A DNA stretch of 64,000 nucleotides from Candidatus Krumholzibacteriota bacterium (GTDB lineage Bacteria > Krumholzibacteriota > Krumholzibacteriia > Krumholzibacteriales > Krumholzibacteriaceae). The stretch covers positions 6,100-70,099 of the forward strand of contig JAFGEZ010000012.1 of assembly GCA_016931295.1 (NCBI GenBank). The letters are read 5' to 3'. A program made the translations under genes and the position numbers. Below are positions 1 through 8,835 of this stretch, in pieces (position 1 is the stretch's first letter; every line of letters begins with the position of its first letter). Below the pieces are notes generated by a model. That model was not told the DNA's origin. It worked only from the letters and a program-made list of their open reading frames with translations, and searched no databases.

Positions 1-1313
1 GGGCTCAAGACGGAGATCTCGATCTCGATACCGTCGATCTCGTCAGCCGTCACGGGAGGGAAGCGGTAGTCGTCGAAGGCGGCGGCGACGGCCATCTCGC
101 TGATCGTGTCGGCGAGGGGTTTGACCGCCTCGATGTACCCGATGCAGCCGCGAAGCCGGCCGCCCTTCTTCAGCGTGACGAAGCCGCCTCGCTTCTCGCC
201 GAGGACGTTCGAGGCGGGCCGTTCGGGGAGGGGCGCGTCGTCGCCGAGCGCACGTGCGATCGTTCGCCGGGCGAGGCGAAGAAGGAACCGGCGGGTGCCG
301 TCGTCGAGACCCGCGTCGTCCCCGGGGGCGCCCCGCGAAGAAGAGCGCTTCGTTCCTTGCGGTTCCTCGTCGCCGGTTGATCCGGCTGCGATCATCGCTG
401 CGGAAACGTACCCGACGACGCTCGAGTGGTCTCCCGTCACGTCCCCCGACGTCGCGTAGGCGAGGACGTCGCACCGCGATGCGCCGAGTCGGCCGGCGGC
501 GATCATCGCCGCCGCAGTCGGTCCGCCGCCGCACGCTTCCGTGCCGCCGGAGGAGAGCGAGGAGAGGAGCTGTTCAACCGAGAAGCCGCGGAGGCCGTCG
601 AGGAAGACGCCGTCGAGCCTGCCGGCCTCCCGTCCGGCGTGGAAATGGGAGAGGTCCGTGCTCGCCACGATCAGCGCGTTCCGACCGGCGAGGGCCTCGC
701 CGAGGGCCTCGCCGAGGATGCGGACGTTCGATGCGCTCTGGTCGCCCATGACGATCGCCACGAGGTCGAACTGGCCGAGCGCCACCTGGAGGAAGGGGAG
801 CTGCACCTCGAGGGAGTGCTCGCCGCGGCCGCCGGCGACGACGCGATGCCCTTCCATCGCCGCGCGGACGCGACCGCCCGTTCCGGCGAGCAGCTCGACG
901 ATCTCCCTGTTCACCGGGATCGCGCCGAGCGGCGTCTCGTAGGCCGCGCCGGGGAAGACGGACGAGAAATCGAAGTATTCGACGTGGCAGGGGGAGATGA
1001 CGACGACCGTCTCGTAGGAGCGCCCGCGGATGAGTCGGTAGCCGTGCGCCGCGACAGCGCCCGAATACTGGTAGCCGGCGTGCGGGGAGACGAGGGCGAC
1101 GACGCGCCCGCCGACATCGGCGGCGCCAACGGCGTCGAGATACCCCTCGATGTCCCGCCTCAGTCGCACGGGGTCCCCGGGGTAGAATTGGCCCGCGACG
1201 ACCGGCGGGCGCACGGTGCGTTCCATCGTCCCCTCTTCTCCTTTCGCGGCGTTCGCGGAGACGGCGATTGCCGCCGCCGCGAAGACCGCCGCTCCGACGA
1301 TGCATCCTCTCAT
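1..1313 (-). CDS. amrB: AmmeMemoRadiSam protein B (Memo-like) fused to protein A (AMMECR1 domain); 3' end runs off the window
   Basis: Not in the ORF track. Translated by hand from ATG 1313 (ATGA overlap with the upstream stop) or ATG 1226: RPPVVAGQFYPGD (Memo N-terminus) ... YATSGDVTGD..VVGY, linker, then GFVTLKKGGRLRGCIG...AAAFDDYRFPPV...EISVLSP (AMMECR1). No in-frame stop across the domain junction or through to position 1. Confidence 0.9.
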   Translation of the reverse strand, partial: MRGCIVGAAVFAAAAIAVSANAAKGEEGTMERTVRPPVVAGQFYPGDPVRLRRDIEGYLDAVGAADVGGRVVALVSPHAGYQYSGAVAAHGYRLIRGRSYETVVVISPCHVEYFDFSSVFPGAAYETPLGAIPVNREIVELLAGTGGRVRAAMEGHRVVAGGRGEHSLEVQLPFLQVALGQFDLVAIVMGDQSASNVRILGEALGEALAGRNALIVASTDLSHFHAGREAGRLDGVFLDGLRGFSVEQLLSSLSSGGTEACGGGPTAAAMIAAGRLGASRCDVLAYATSGDVTGDHSSVVGYVSAAMIAAGSTGDEEPQGTKRSSSRGAPGDDAGLDDGTRRFLLRLARRTIARALGDDAPLPERPASNVLGEKRGGFVTLKKGGRLRGCIGYIEAVKPLADTISEMAVAAAFDDYRFPPVTADEIDGIEIEISVLS

Positions 1314-2395
1314 TCCCAGACTCCCGGCACCGCCGCGCCGCACGCGGCGCACCTGCCTTCCCGGATGGCCGTCGCGACCACGCGGTACCCGCTTCTCGAT
1401 ACTACCGTCTTCCCGCAGGCGGGGCAACAGGTGTTCTCCGCCTCGCCGTGGGGGACGTTGCCGATGTAGACGTAGCGCATTCCCGCCTCCATCGCGGCGT
1501 CCCGTGCGCGCTCGAGCGTCTCGACGGGGGTCGGTGGAAGGTCGCTGAGACGGTAGTGGGGGAAGAAGCGCGAGAAGTGCAGCGGAACGTCGGGGCCGGC
1601 GTGGCCGGCCAGCCACGCGGCCATCTCGCCGATCCGGGCCGGATCGTCGTTCAGCGTGGGCACGACGAGATAGACGATCTCGAGCCACGTTCCGGTCTCG
1701 CTGACCGTTTCGATGGCGGAGAGGACCGGCGAGAGCCGTCCGGAGCAGATGCGGCGGTAGTAGTCGTCGTCGAAGGCCTTCAGGTCGATCTTGACCGCGT
1801 CCACGAGCGAGCAGAGCTCGCGGAGCGGCTCCGTCTCGATGTACGCCCCGGTGACCACGACGGACCGGAGCCCGCGTTCCCTGGCGAGCGAGGCGATGTC
1901 GGCGGCGTATTCCCAGTAGACGACCGGTTCCCCGTAGGTGAATGCGATCGATGCCGCACCGACCCGGGAGGCCGCATCGACGATACGGTCGGGCGGCATG
2001 TCCTGCGTGTCGACCTCGCCGGGACGCGAGCGGGATATCTGCCAGTTCTGGCAGAAGTCGCAGGCGAGGTTGCAGCCGACCGTCGAGAGTGAGAAGGCGG
2101 AGGTCCCGGGAAGGAAATGGAAGAAGGGTTTCTTCTCGATCGGGTCGAGATGCATCGCGCAGGGCCGGCCCCAGACGAGCGTCACGAGCCGGCCGGCCTC
2201 GTTCCCGCGCGCACCGCACCAGCCGCTGTCTCCCGGCGGGATCACGCAGGCGCGGGGACAGAGCAAGCATCGCACGCGACCGTTCCCGGCCGGTTTCCAC
2301 CAGCGGGCCTCGACGGCGTCGGCCGCCGCCGGCGAGGGGATGCCTGCGGCCAGGAGAGCGGCGGTCGATCCGGCGAGAAAACACCGCCTCGTCAT
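1310..2395 (-). CDS. amrS: AmmeMemoRadiSam system radical SAM enzyme with twin-arginine signal
   Basis: CLLCPRAC, DPIEKKPFFHF, CNLACDFCQNW (CxxxCxxC), FTYGEP, C-terminal CPACG/CAACG; adjacent to Memo-AMMECR1. Start MTRRCFL at 2395 (alternative 2437). Confidence 0.93.
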   Translation of the reverse strand: MTRRCFLAGSTAALLAAGIPSPAAADAVEARWWKPAGNGRVRCLLCPRACVIPPGDSGWCGARGNEAGRLVTLVWGRPCAMHLDPIEKKPFFHFLPGTSAFSLSTVGCNLACDFCQNWQISRSRPGEVDTQDMPPDRIVDAASRVGAASIAFTYGEPVVYWEYAADIASLARERGLRSVVVTGAYIETEPLRELCSLVDAVKIDLKAFDDDYYRRICSGRLSPVLSAIETVSETGTWLEIVYLVVPTLNDDPARIGEMAAWLAGHAGPDVPLHFSRFFPHYRLSDLPPTPVETLERARDAAMEAGMRYVYIGNVPHGEAENTCCPACGKTVVSRSGYRVVATAIREGRCAACGAAVPGVWE

Positions 2396-2495
2396 CGGAT
2401 CGCCGACGGTTCGTCTGCCGTGTCTGGTGTTCTTCATGATCGCTCGCGACCTCATGGATAATGATAACCGCGGGAGGCGGGGCGCGCAACCGCGC

Positions 2496-3833
2496 TCAGG
2501 GCATGAGACCGGCGCCGATCGATTCGAACCGGCGGCGCAGGCGGGCGGCGGTATGCACGGGGAGACGCCCGAGTGCGTCCGAGGAGAGCGATCCGCCGAT
2601 CTCGTGGTCGGCGAGGGGCGTGGCGATGCGGATGCGGTCGAGCAGGCGTCCGTCCGCGTCCTCTATGACGATCTCGACGGCGAGCGGATCGAGAAAGGAT
2701 GCGCCCGACTCGAAGGTGTCGTCGAGAAACCCGTCGAACCGCGTCCGCCGCAGGTCGTCGAGAAGCGAGAAAACGGCCTGGCCCCGGACCGCCGCGTCGC
2801 CCGCTTCGGGCGCGACCCACGCGCCGTCGCCGCCGCGCAGCGCGACGGTCGTGTCGGGGCTCGTCCACCGGACGAGATGCGCCGCGTTCGGATCGAAGAA
2901 GGCGAGCCGGCGGGAGCGCAACCCTTCCGGGTCGACCTCGAAGATCGGGAGGATGTCCGACGTCCTGATCGAGACGACCTTGTCGAGACCGTCGCGGAGC
3001 ACGTGCACCGTCTCCTCGTCGACCCGTCCGATCGAGATCGAGACGATCCCCGACGGGCCGTCGATGAACAGGCGGCGGCCGGGGGCGCGGAGGCCGAACC
3101 GATCGAGGGAATCCGTCGTCTCCGCGTCGAAGGAGCGGATGATCGTCTCGGAGAGCCTCTTCGCGTACGCGTCCATCCAGGAGGACTCCACGCGGTAGCG
3201 CGGGCCGGTGCGCCACCATCCCCCGGCCTCGCGGGCGAAGGAGAGACGGCGGTTGCCGTCGTTGACGGTGATCGCGGAGATGTCGCCGGGGATGACGTGG
3301 AACAGGTTCTTGTCGCGCAGGTGGAAGAGGTTCTTGCGCATCGCGTTGTGCATCAGGTCGCGCGTGATGAGGACGGCGTGCTCGTCGTTGACGCGGACGT
3401 AGGCGCGGGGGCCGGTCGGCGTCGTGTCGCCGACGCGCACCGTGTCGACGCGGCCGCGACGATCGTTGAAGAGGATCACCGTGGCAAAGGGATCGTCGAG
3501 ACCGTACGGGGCGAAATCATACACCCCGTCGAATTCCTCGAGTTTCCGTCCGGGGACGACCTGGTCGAGGACGAGGTCGATCATCGACCGCTGGCCGGGG
3601 GTGACGACCGGGCTCGTGATGATCCACTCCTCACCGGACCGTTCCATGACGATCAGCTCGCCCCCGGGCGGGCGGAGCGAGAAGCGGTCGACCTCCTCGG
3701 GGCCGTAGGGGAAGATGGTTCCGGAGCGGCCCGAACGCTCCGTCGCGCGCCGCCGCGGCTCCTCGACGGCGAAGAACCATGCGGCGACCAGGATGAGCAG
3801 TACGAGGAGGATCCATGTCGTTCGCGCGCGCAC
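2496..3833 (-). CDS. DUF4340-like membrane-anchored periplasmic accessory protein of a Gld-type ABC system
   Basis: GTG 3833 after GAGAAAGGA; N-terminal TM helix; repeated YGLDDP/FGLRAP segments; follows a GldG-like gene. Confidence 0.75.
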   Translation of the reverse strand: MRARTTWILLVLLILVAAWFFAVEEPRRRATERSGRSGTIFPYGPEEVDRFSLRPPGGELIVMERSGEEWIITSPVVTPGQRSMIDLVLDQVVPGRKLEEFDGVYDFAPYGLDDPFATVILFNDRRGRVDTVRVGDTTPTGPRAYVRVNDEHAVLITRDLMHNAMRKNLFHLRDKNLFHVIPGDISAITVNDGNRRLSFAREAGGWWRTGPRYRVESSWMDAYAKRLSETIIRSFDAETTDSLDRFGLRAPGRRLFIDGPSGIVSISIGRVDEETVHVLRDGLDKVVSIRTSDILPIFEVDPEGLRSRRLAFFDPNAAHLVRWTSPDTTVALRGGDGAWVAPEAGDAAVRGQAVFSLLDDLRRTRFDGFLDDTFESGASFLDPLAVEIVIEDADGRLLDRIRIATPLADHEIGGSLSSDALGRLPVHTAARLRRRFESIGAGLMP

Positions 3834-3846
3834 AACCGGTCCTTTC

Positions 3847-5391
3847 TCACGCGGAGCGGCGCCGCCGGATCGAGACGAATGCAGCCATGCCGGCGACGGC
3901 GAGGGGAACGGCGACGACGGGTATCCAGAAGACCACCCGGCCTTCACGGTCGGAGAGGACGACCGGCTGGAGGAGCGGATCGCGGGGCCTGATCGAGATC
4001 AGATCCTCCTGCTCGGCGAGCCAGCCGATCGTGTTGAGGATCAGGTCGCGGTGCGCGGAGGTCTTCACGTTCGCGTTCATCGCGAAGTCGGCGTCACCGA
4101 AGACGACGAGGCGCATGCGGCGCCGGAGCGGGGCGCCCGCCGCGTCGCCGGGGGGGACGTCGCGGGAAGCGACGGCGGCGATGGCCACCGGGCCCGCCGC
4201 GTCGTGTTCGGGGTCGAAGCGCGTCTGTCCCGCCATGAGGGAATCGAGATCGGATTCCGAGTAGGCGCCCTGAGCGGTCTTGCAGAGGACGATCGCCTCG
4301 ACGCCCTCCGGCGCCGGATCGGCCGGCAGGACGGACCGGGCCTGGGGAAAGAAGGAAAGCTCCCGTATCGGGCGGGTGATCGCATGGTCGCCGTAGGTGT
4401 TGACCACCGGGGTCAGGTAGTTGCCGGCGAGCAGCTTCCCGAACCGGTCGATCACCATGTCGTCGCGGACCTCGATCCCGTGCCGGTACGCGATGAGGCA
4501 CAGCCGCGGGATCGAGGTCATCGGCTCGAGGAGCATGAGGACCTTTCCGCCGCCGTCGAGGTAGCCGTCGACGAGGGCCTCCTCGCGCGGGAAGAGATCG
4601 ACGGACGGGCCGGCGATGACGAGCATCTCGCAACTGTCCGGCACCCCATCCGCCGTGGCGAGAAGGAGCTCCCTCGCGTCGTACCCCTCGCCCGCGAGGG
4701 CCAGGCCGAGCTCGCTGTAGCCGTCCGGCGCCTCGTCGTCGATCGACTTCTCGCCGTGGCCCGTCGTGAAGCAGACGGTCTTCCTTCCCGGCCTGACGAC
4801 CTTGAGGATCGCGTTGGTGAGGGCTTCCTCGCTCGTCTCCGTGATGTGCGCGTCCCGCTCGCCCGATTCGACGACGATGGTCTCCACGTCGCCGACGCCG
4901 TAGCGGCGGGCGGCGACGGGATCGCGGTCGGGATCGACGAATCGCCAGGTCAGGCGGGTGGAAGCGGCGGCGTATTCGCGGACGAGATCCTCGAGCACGC
5001 GGCGCACGGGGGAGGTGTCCTTGAAGAAGAGGTTCACGGCCACGTCCTTCTCCAAACCGGCGAGGATCGCCCGCGTCTGCGGCGCGAGGGAGAAGCGCCG
5101 GTTCGCCGTGGTGTCGAAACGCCTGTCGTGGCGCGTCGCGATCGTCTGCAGGAAGACGAGCAGGCCGAGGAAGAGGGCGATCGACATCCACGCGTGCATC
5201 TCGAGGCGGCGCTGGCGTCTGCCGCCGGCCGTGCGATCGCGAAAGAAGAGGGCGGCGACCGAGAAGGCGAACCCGAGGAGGAGGGGGAGGACGGAGAGGA
5301 AACCGCTGCCGTGCAGTATCCCGTAGGTGACCGAGCCGACGAGTATGAGCGCCAGTCCAAGCGGTCCGAATATTCCTGTCATGCGTCGCAT
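3847..5391 (-). CDS. GldG-like ABC transporter auxiliary component
   Basis: N-terminal TM helices, RFDTTANRRFSL, FTTGHGE, VVFGDADF, C-terminal TM helix. Confidence 0.85.
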   Translation of the reverse strand: MRRMTGIFGPLGLALILVGSVTYGILHGSGFLSVLPLLLGFAFSVAALFFRDRTAGGRRQRRLEMHAWMSIALFLGLLVFLQTIATRHDRRFDTTANRRFSLAPQTRAILAGLEKDVAVNLFFKDTSPVRRVLEDLVREYAAASTRLTWRFVDPDRDPVAARRYGVGDVETIVVESGERDAHITETSEEALTNAILKVVRPGRKTVCFTTGHGEKSIDDEAPDGYSELGLALAGEGYDARELLLATADGVPDSCEMLVIAGPSVDLFPREEALVDGYLDGGGKVLMLLEPMTSIPRLCLIAYRHGIEVRDDMVIDRFGKLLAGNYLTPVVNTYGDHAITRPIRELSFFPQARSVLPADPAPEGVEAIVLCKTAQGAYSESDLDSLMAGQTRFDPEHDAAGPVAIAAVASRDVPPGDAAGAPLRRRMRLVVFGDADFAMNANVKTSAHRDLILNTIGWLAEQEDLISIRPRDPLLQPVVLSDREGRVVFWIPVVAVPLAVAGMAAFVSIRRRRSA

Positions 5392-5395
5392 GCGC

Positions 5396-6166
5396 TCAGT
5401 TCCTCCATCTGGCCGATTCGAGCGATTTCAGCGTGAGGAAGAGGAAGAAGGCCGACATGAGGAGGTAATAGGTGACGTCCTGCAGGACGATGACGCCCTT
5501 GGTGAAGGACTCGAGATGATAGAGAAGGGAGAACTGCGAGATCACCTTCGCCGCGGTCGGGCCGGCGAAGGGGACCGTCCACCCGATGACGAGGAAGAAG
5601 AGGCCCGCCCCGAAGGCGGAGACCCCCGCGACGAGCTGGTTGTCGGTGAGGGAGGAGAAGAACGTGCCGATGGCGATGAAGGTCCCTCCCATGAGAAAGA
5701 GGCCGAGGTAGCCGGTGACGATCGGCCCGGGCTCCGGATCGGCGTAGACGGCGAGGAGCACGGGGCAGGCGACGGTCCCCGCGAGCATGATCCCCCAGGT
5801 CGCGAGCGCCGCGGCGTATTTGCCGGCGACTGCAGGCAGGTCGCCGATCGGATAGGTGAGCAGGAGCTCGAACGTCCCCTGCTTCCGTTCCTCGGCGAGC
5901 AGGCGCATCGTGAGGAGGGGAAGCAGGATGAGCAGGATGAGGCTGAGGTCCCCGAGAAGCGGGCGCATGACGTCGTCGGTGAGGTTCAGCGGCATGCCGA
6001 AATCCCCCGACCTGGCCATCTGGTAGGAGAGGTAGTTGTACCGCTTGAAGATGTTGTGGAAGAAGTAGCCGGCGAGGAAGAGGAATACCGACAGCGTCAC
6101 CCACGCGGTGAGCGACCGGAAGAGGTACTTCAGCTCGCGCCGGAAGATGATGGCGAAGGGGCGCAT
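5396..6166 (-). CDS. ABC-2 type permease (GldF-like)
   Basis: About six TM helices, PLLTMRLLAEERKQGTFELLLTYP. Confidence 0.9.
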   Translation of the reverse strand: MRPFAIIFRRELKYLFRSLTAWVTLSVFLFLAGYFFHNIFKRYNYLSYQMARSGDFGMPLNLTDDVMRPLLGDLSLILLILLPLLTMRLLAEERKQGTFELLLTYPIGDLPAVAGKYAAALATWGIMLAGTVACPVLLAVYADPEPGPIVTGYLGLFLMGGTFIAIGTFFSSLTDNQLVAGVSAFGAGLFFLVIGWTVPFAGPTAAKVISQFSLLYHLESFTKGVIVLQDVTYYLLMSAFFLFLTLKSLESARWRN

Positions 6167-6167
6167 C

Positions 6168-7103
6168 TCAGGCCTCCTCCGTGACGAGCCGCAGGAAGAT
6201 CTCCTCGAGCGAGAGCTCCTCGCCGAAGATCTCGACGAGGGGCAGTCCTGCGTGGACGAGACGGGAGGCGATCGCTCCGCGCAGATCGATCTCGGGGGCC
6301 GTCTCGACGCGGATGCCGTTCGTGTCGTCCGGCGATGTCGCCACCGCGAGGATGCCCTCCATCCGTTTGATCTCCCCGGCGGCGGCGGCCGTCGAGGCCG
6401 GATCGGCGAGACGGACCCGGACGGTCGAGGAACGGCGGAGCCGGTTCCGCAGGTTGGCGGGGCTGTCGACGGCGACGAGCTCGCCGCGGTTGACGATGAT
6501 GACGCGGTCGCAGACCTGGTTGACCTCGGGGAGGATGTGGCTGGAGAGGATCACGGTGCGGTCCTGGCCGATGTGCTTCACCAGGCGCCGGATGTCGATG
6601 ATCTGCTTGGGATCGAGACCGATGGTCGGCTCGTCGAGGATGAGCAGCTCCGGGTCGCCGATGATCGCCTGCGCGATGCCGACCCGCTGCTGGTAGCCCT
6701 TGGAGAGGTGTCCGATCGTCCGGTGGGCGACCTCGGCGAGACCGCATTTCTCCACGGCGTCGCCGACCGCCGCCGTGACGCGGCGCGCGGGCACGCCCTT
6801 GAGGCCGGCGGCGAATCCGAGATACTCGGCCGTCCGCATGTCGTGGTAGAGGGGGGTCTTCTCGGGGAGGTAGCCGATCCGTCGCCTGACCTCCATCGAC
6901 TGCTCGAGTATGTCGAAGCCGCAGATCCTCGCCGTTCCGGACGTGGGGGGGAGAAAGCAGGTGAGCATCCGCATCGTCGTCGTCTTCCCCGCGCCGTTCG
7001 GGCCGAGGAAGCCGAGGACCTCGCCGCGCTTCACGGTGAAGGAGAGATCGCGTACGCCAACGTTGGCGCCGTAGTACCGGGTGAGGTTCTCGACCTCGAT
7101 CAA
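6168..7103 (-). CDS. ABC transporter ATP-binding protein (GldA-like)
   Basis: GPNGAGKTT, LSKGYQQR, ILDEPT; TTG start at 7103 with GGAG upstream. Confidence 0.93.
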   Translation of the reverse strand: MIEVENLTRYYGANVGVRDLSFTVKRGEVLGFLGPNGAGKTTTMRMLTCFLPPTSGTARICGFDILEQSMEVRRRIGYLPEKTPLYHDMRTAEYLGFAAGLKGVPARRVTAAVGDAVEKCGLAEVAHRTIGHLSKGYQQRVGIAQAIIGDPELLILDEPTIGLDPKQIIDIRRLVKHIGQDRTVILSSHILPEVNQVCDRVIIVNRGELVAVDSPANLRNRLRRSSTVRVRLADPASTAAAAGEIKRMEGILAVATSPDDTNGIRVETAPEIDLRGAIASRLVHAGLPLVEIFGEELSLEEIFLRLVTEEA

Positions 7104-7157
7104 ATCGCATCGTCTCCGCGTGTCGATGTGTCGAATGCTATCTGCCACCCATGCAAG

Positions 7158-7187
7158 AAGATAAGATACGGCGAGGCGCGGTGTCAA
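7158..7187 (-). promoter_or_regulatory. sigma70-type promoter for the ABC operon
   Basis: TTGACA-18 nt-TATCTT on the minus strand, about 55 nt upstream of TTG 7103. Confidence 0.55.
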
Positions 7188-7352
7188 TCACCGACGGGAA
7201 AAATGTCTTGTTCGCCCGGGATCGCCTTCCCTATCATCGGCCCCGTCGCCGGAGCGCGGTGTAACAAAATCCGCGATCCGCCGTAACAGGAGAAGACATC
7301 GGCGATCCCCCGGGATCGGCGGCCCTGGGAACGGTTCAACCGGACGGAAAGG

Positions 7353-7829
7353 ATGAAGATGAAGAAGGCGATCCTGACGCTCGCGATCCTGCTGCTGCTC
7401 GCGCCACCCGCCCGAGCCGCGGACACGGACCTCTGGTACTCCGTCGTCTTCCCCGGCTGGGGACAGATGCGCGACGGCCGGTACGGGCGGGGCACGGCGC
7501 TCGTCAGCGCCGAGATCGTATCCCTTCTCGGACTCGTCATCAGCGACATCCAGTACAACCGCGAGGTCGACAAGTACGACAACTGGCGCGCGACCTACTA
7601 CGCCGCAGACTACATCGGCGACAAGCAGGCCGCCTTCGAGATGATGAACGAGAAGTGGAACGAGGCCGAGGATCTCCACCGGTACCGGAACTATTTCCTC
7701 GGCGCGGCGATCGGCGTCTGGGCGATCGGCGTCATCGACATGGCGATCGGCGGAGAGGCCTCGCCGCCGCCGCTGGCCCTGGAGGCGCGCCGGGACGGAT
7801 TCCTCGTCACCAGGACGATTCACTTCTAG
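7353..7829 (+). CDS. secreted/membrane hypothetical protein (DUF5683-like PGxGQ motif)
   Basis: Signal peptide ending ARA, SVVFPGWGQ, hydrophobic helix, C-terminal Phe. Confidence 0.6.
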   Translation: MKMKKAILTLAILLLLAPPARAADTDLWYSVVFPGWGQMRDGRYGRGTALVSAEIVSLLGLVISDIQYNREVDKYDNWRATYYAADYIGDKQAAFEMMNEKWNEAEDLHRYRNYFLGAAIGVWAIGVIDMAIGGEASPPPLALEARRDGFLVTRTIHF

Positions 7830-7830
7830 C

Positions 7831-8226
7831 ATGGAGAATACGATGCGGAGAACCTGTGCGATGATCGCGGCGGCCGTCCTGACGGTCGCCTTCCTCTCGT
7901 GCGGCACCGATCACGAGGGATTGCCGACCTCGTTCGAGTTCACGCCGCCGCCCGTCCCCGTCGACGTCGCCGCCTCCGGGCTTCCCGGCGAGACGCTCGT
8001 CACGTGGGGATACGGCGATCCGGGGATCGTCGGGGAGTACCGGGTCTACTACTACTACGAGGACTACGGGATGATCGAGCTCGTCGGCACGACGACCGAG
8101 ACGCTCTACCATGACGAGGGACTCGTCCCGAACGTCGAGTACTGTTACGTCGTCTCGGCCGTCGACTCGAACGGGCTCGAGGGCTACCGCTCCGAAACCG
8201 CCTGCGCGACGCCGACGATCGATTGA
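7831..8226 (+). CDS. lipoprotein with fibronectin type III-like domain
   Basis: Lipobox FLSC; VTW...YRVY...YHDEGL...YCYVVSAVDSNGLEG FN3 pattern. Confidence 0.75.
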   Translation: MENTMRRTCAMIAAAVLTVAFLSCGTDHEGLPTSFEFTPPPVPVDVAASGLPGETLVTWGYGDPGIVGEYRVYYYYEDYGMIELVGTTTETLYHDEGLVPNVEYCYVVSAVDSNGLEGYRSETACATPTID

Positions 8227-8245
8227 ACAAAGCATTTCCGCCCGG

Positions 8246-8261
8246 TGGCACGGAATCTGCA
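8246..8261 (+). promoter_or_regulatory. sigma54 (-24/-12) promoter motif
   Basis: TGGCACGGAATCTGCA, GG-N10-GC, in the intergenic gap upstream of ATG 8285. Confidence 0.6.
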
Positions 8262-8284
8262 TGCCGCCGGGCGGGAGTGTATTC

Positions 8285-8833
8285 ATGTTCAGGCAGACCG
8301 ACGAAACGAAACCGCGCACGATGAGCGACCTGGCGAGCGAGGTCCTCGGGACGGAGGACGGCCGCATCTACCGGGTGATCATCGACGGCGTCTCGAGCAG
8401 GATCGAGACGAACGAGGCCTTCGCCATCAAGTTCGCCCTGCTCTCCCACGTACCCGTCTCGCGCATGAAGCATCTCATGCGCCGCCTGCCGGCCACCCTG
8501 TGGAAGGGGAGCGGCCGATCGCGCGCGGCGGGGCTTCTCGGCATGATCGAGGAAGCGGGAGGGAAGGGCAGGATCGAGGCGATGGCGCGTGAGCCCGTGC
8601 CGGGCGCAGGGTCGTCGGGAAAGAAGGCCGACACCGTCTGCCGCGTCTGCGGCTTCCCCCTCCGAACCGGTGAGGCCTTCTGCGATTTCTGCATGACGCC
8701 CGTCGACCCGGCCGAGACGGGACGCGCCGCGCCGCGCCGCGCCGCGGTCCGACGGGGACGCTCTCCCTATCTCTTCCTCTTCCTGGTCCTCCTCGGCGCG
8801 GCCGTCGCGGCGATTCTCGCGCTCGCGCGCTGA
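8285..8833 (+). CDS. tail-anchored hypothetical protein with zinc ribbon
   Basis: GGGAG RBS; CRVC-x10-CDFC; C-terminal TM helix. Confidence 0.7.
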   Translation: MFRQTDETKPRTMSDLASEVLGTEDGRIYRVIIDGVSSRIETNEAFAIKFALLSHVPVSRMKHLMRRLPATLWKGSGRSRAAGLLGMIEEAGGKGRIEAMAREPVPGAGSSGKKADTVCRVCGFPLRTGEAFCDFCMTPVDPAETGRAAPRRAAVRRGRSPYLFLFLVLLGAAVAAILALAR

Positions 8834-8835
8834 TC

